A DNA stretch of 64,000 nt from Octopus bimaculoides. Taxonomy: Eukaryota. Both the position numbers and the translations under genes were made by a program. The notes beneath the pieces are model-generated. The model was given only the letters and a program-made list of their open reading frames with translations, was not told where the DNA came from and ran no database searches. Where the stretch lies: assembly GCF_001194135.2 (NCBI RefSeq), contig NC_068989.1, forward strand, positions 39,368,642 through 39,432,641. The letters are read 5' to 3'. Positions 62,660 through 64,000 of the stretch are shown here, piece after piece (the stretch's first letter is position 1; every line of letters begins with the position of its first letter).

Positions 62660-63745
62660 ATGGCAAGTGACTGAAGATCTTATTTCACCACCTTGCCCAT
62701 GTCTTCCTGGGTCTACCTCTTCCATAGGTTCCCTTCAGTTAGAGATCAACCTTTCTTTTCACAGCTATCCTCATCCATATGCATCACATGACCATACCAA
62801 GCACTGCCTTCTCTCATGCATGCTACATCTGATTCCTCTTATACCCAGTTTTTGTCTTAAGACACTTACACTCTGTTGCATGTACACACTGACATTACAC
62901 ATCTAGCAGAGCATAATAGCTTCATTTTTTTCAAGCTTTTGCATGTCCTCTGCAGTTACAGTTCATGATTCACTACCATGTAACATGACAGTTCGCACAC
63001 AGGCATCATACAATCTGCCTTCCACTCTGAGGGAGACGCCCTTTGTTACCAACAAAGGTAGTAGCTCTCTGAATTTTTACCAGCCCATTCTTATTCTAGC
63101 AGTTATGCTCTCAGAGCATCTTCCCCCATTGCTGACTTGGTCACCTAAGTAATAGAAGTTATCTGCTACTTCAAAGTATCCTCTAGGGCATTTGACAAAT
63201 CTATTTTCTGTACATTCTTAGTGTTTATTGTACCTACACTTTTGCCACACACAAAGACTACTTTCTCTGTTAACCTTTCTCTGATACTGCTTCACCTTTT
63301 ATGTGTCTGTAGCTTGCACCTTACAGAGTTTCTGCCAACACCTTTTCTACATATCGAGGGGGGCTGAGAACCAATATTTGGTGAACTTCTACCTGTACAC
63401 TGAATTCATTGCTCTACTTATTGCCAAGTTTCATCTTACATACAGCATCCCTGTATGTGGCTTGTACAGCTCTCACCAACCACTCATCTATCCCTAGCTT
63501 CTGCATTGACCACTAAATAAGAGAGCAGGGGGTCCTGTCAAAGGCTTTCTCTATGTCAACAAAAGCCAAGTATAGAGGTGACAAGGTCCACTATCCCTTA
63601 TTTGGTATAGCAATGAATTCAGTGTACAGGTAGGAATTCACCAAGGATTGGTTCTCAGCTCCATCTTGTTCATCATAATCCTCCAGGCCATAACAGAGGA
63701 ATTTAAGATGGGCTGCTCTTGGCAGCTCCTCTATGCTGATAGTTC
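62660..63745 (-). mobile_element. Decayed RTE-like LINE with an internal inverted duplication
   Basis: Minus: PLYLAFVDIEKAFDR…KLGIDEWLVRAVQ…SNEFSVQV. Plus 63607-63743: SNEFSVQVGIHQGLVLSSILF…LLYADS. Confidence 0.8.
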
Positions 63746-64000
63746 TCATTAATTAATTGACCAAGCAGTTGTTTCAACAATCATAGCCTTATTCCTTCAC
63801 TGAGTATGTCTCCTGTTAGTAATTTTGAAGCATTGAAATTTGTTACACCTGTATAGTAAACATTGCCATCTACTGCCTCCTCCTTTGTAATTTCAGGCCA
63901 CTCTGTTTCATCATAGTAACTAGTTGCTGAATCTCCAAAACTTAATATATATAAGTCCAATTTATTGCTCCCATTTGGTTCAAAGTTTAAGATATCTTTC

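Noticed and set aside
245-63497. Numerous ORFs rich in Y/I/C/V/H/T/L/S, or spanning N runs
   Set aside because: They are translations of (TA)n, (TG)n, (CA)n and (CT)n microsatellites or of gaps, with no domain content.
1-64000. CRISPR arrays, rRNA genes, prokaryotic operons or defence systems
   Set aside because: No regularly spaced repeat-spacer arrays or rRNA-like sequence; the DNA is intron-rich and eukaryotic.

Overview
AT-rich, microsatellite-laden, gapped eukaryotic draft sequence. The SINE, mariner, RTE and Penelope repeat repertoire resembles Octopus (coleoid cephalopod); that assignment is from recall, not a search. Most listed ORFs are microsatellite or transposon artefacts. Host genes: (i) the last four coding exons of a + strand M1-family aminopeptidase (APN/ERAP-like C-terminal domain) at 19363-19530, 22748-22888, 28496-28577 and 29632-29772, splicing in frame with conserved phases; (ii) two candidate last exons of an unidentified, convergent - strand gene (42375-42327, 37464-37397). 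Mobile DNA: three decayed Tc1/mariner elements, RTE and CR1/L2-like LINE fragments, several SINE families, MITEs and three Penelope-like (PLE) fragments. The most notable signal is a set of type I hammerhead ribozyme (HHR) motifs: intact cores at 723-789 (-), 50071-50154 (-) and 60719-60766 (-), and mutated cores at 24800-24845 (+) and 61023-61068 (+). The last three lie in a ~250-bp non-coding element with a tRNA-like Pol III head, an (AAT)n spacer and an HHR tail. It occurs at two loci, both in inverted tails-outward arrangement like PLE pseudo-LTRs, and is a candidate ribozyme-bearing SINE mobilised by Penelope-like elements. All base-pairing was read by eye; no folding or database search was run.
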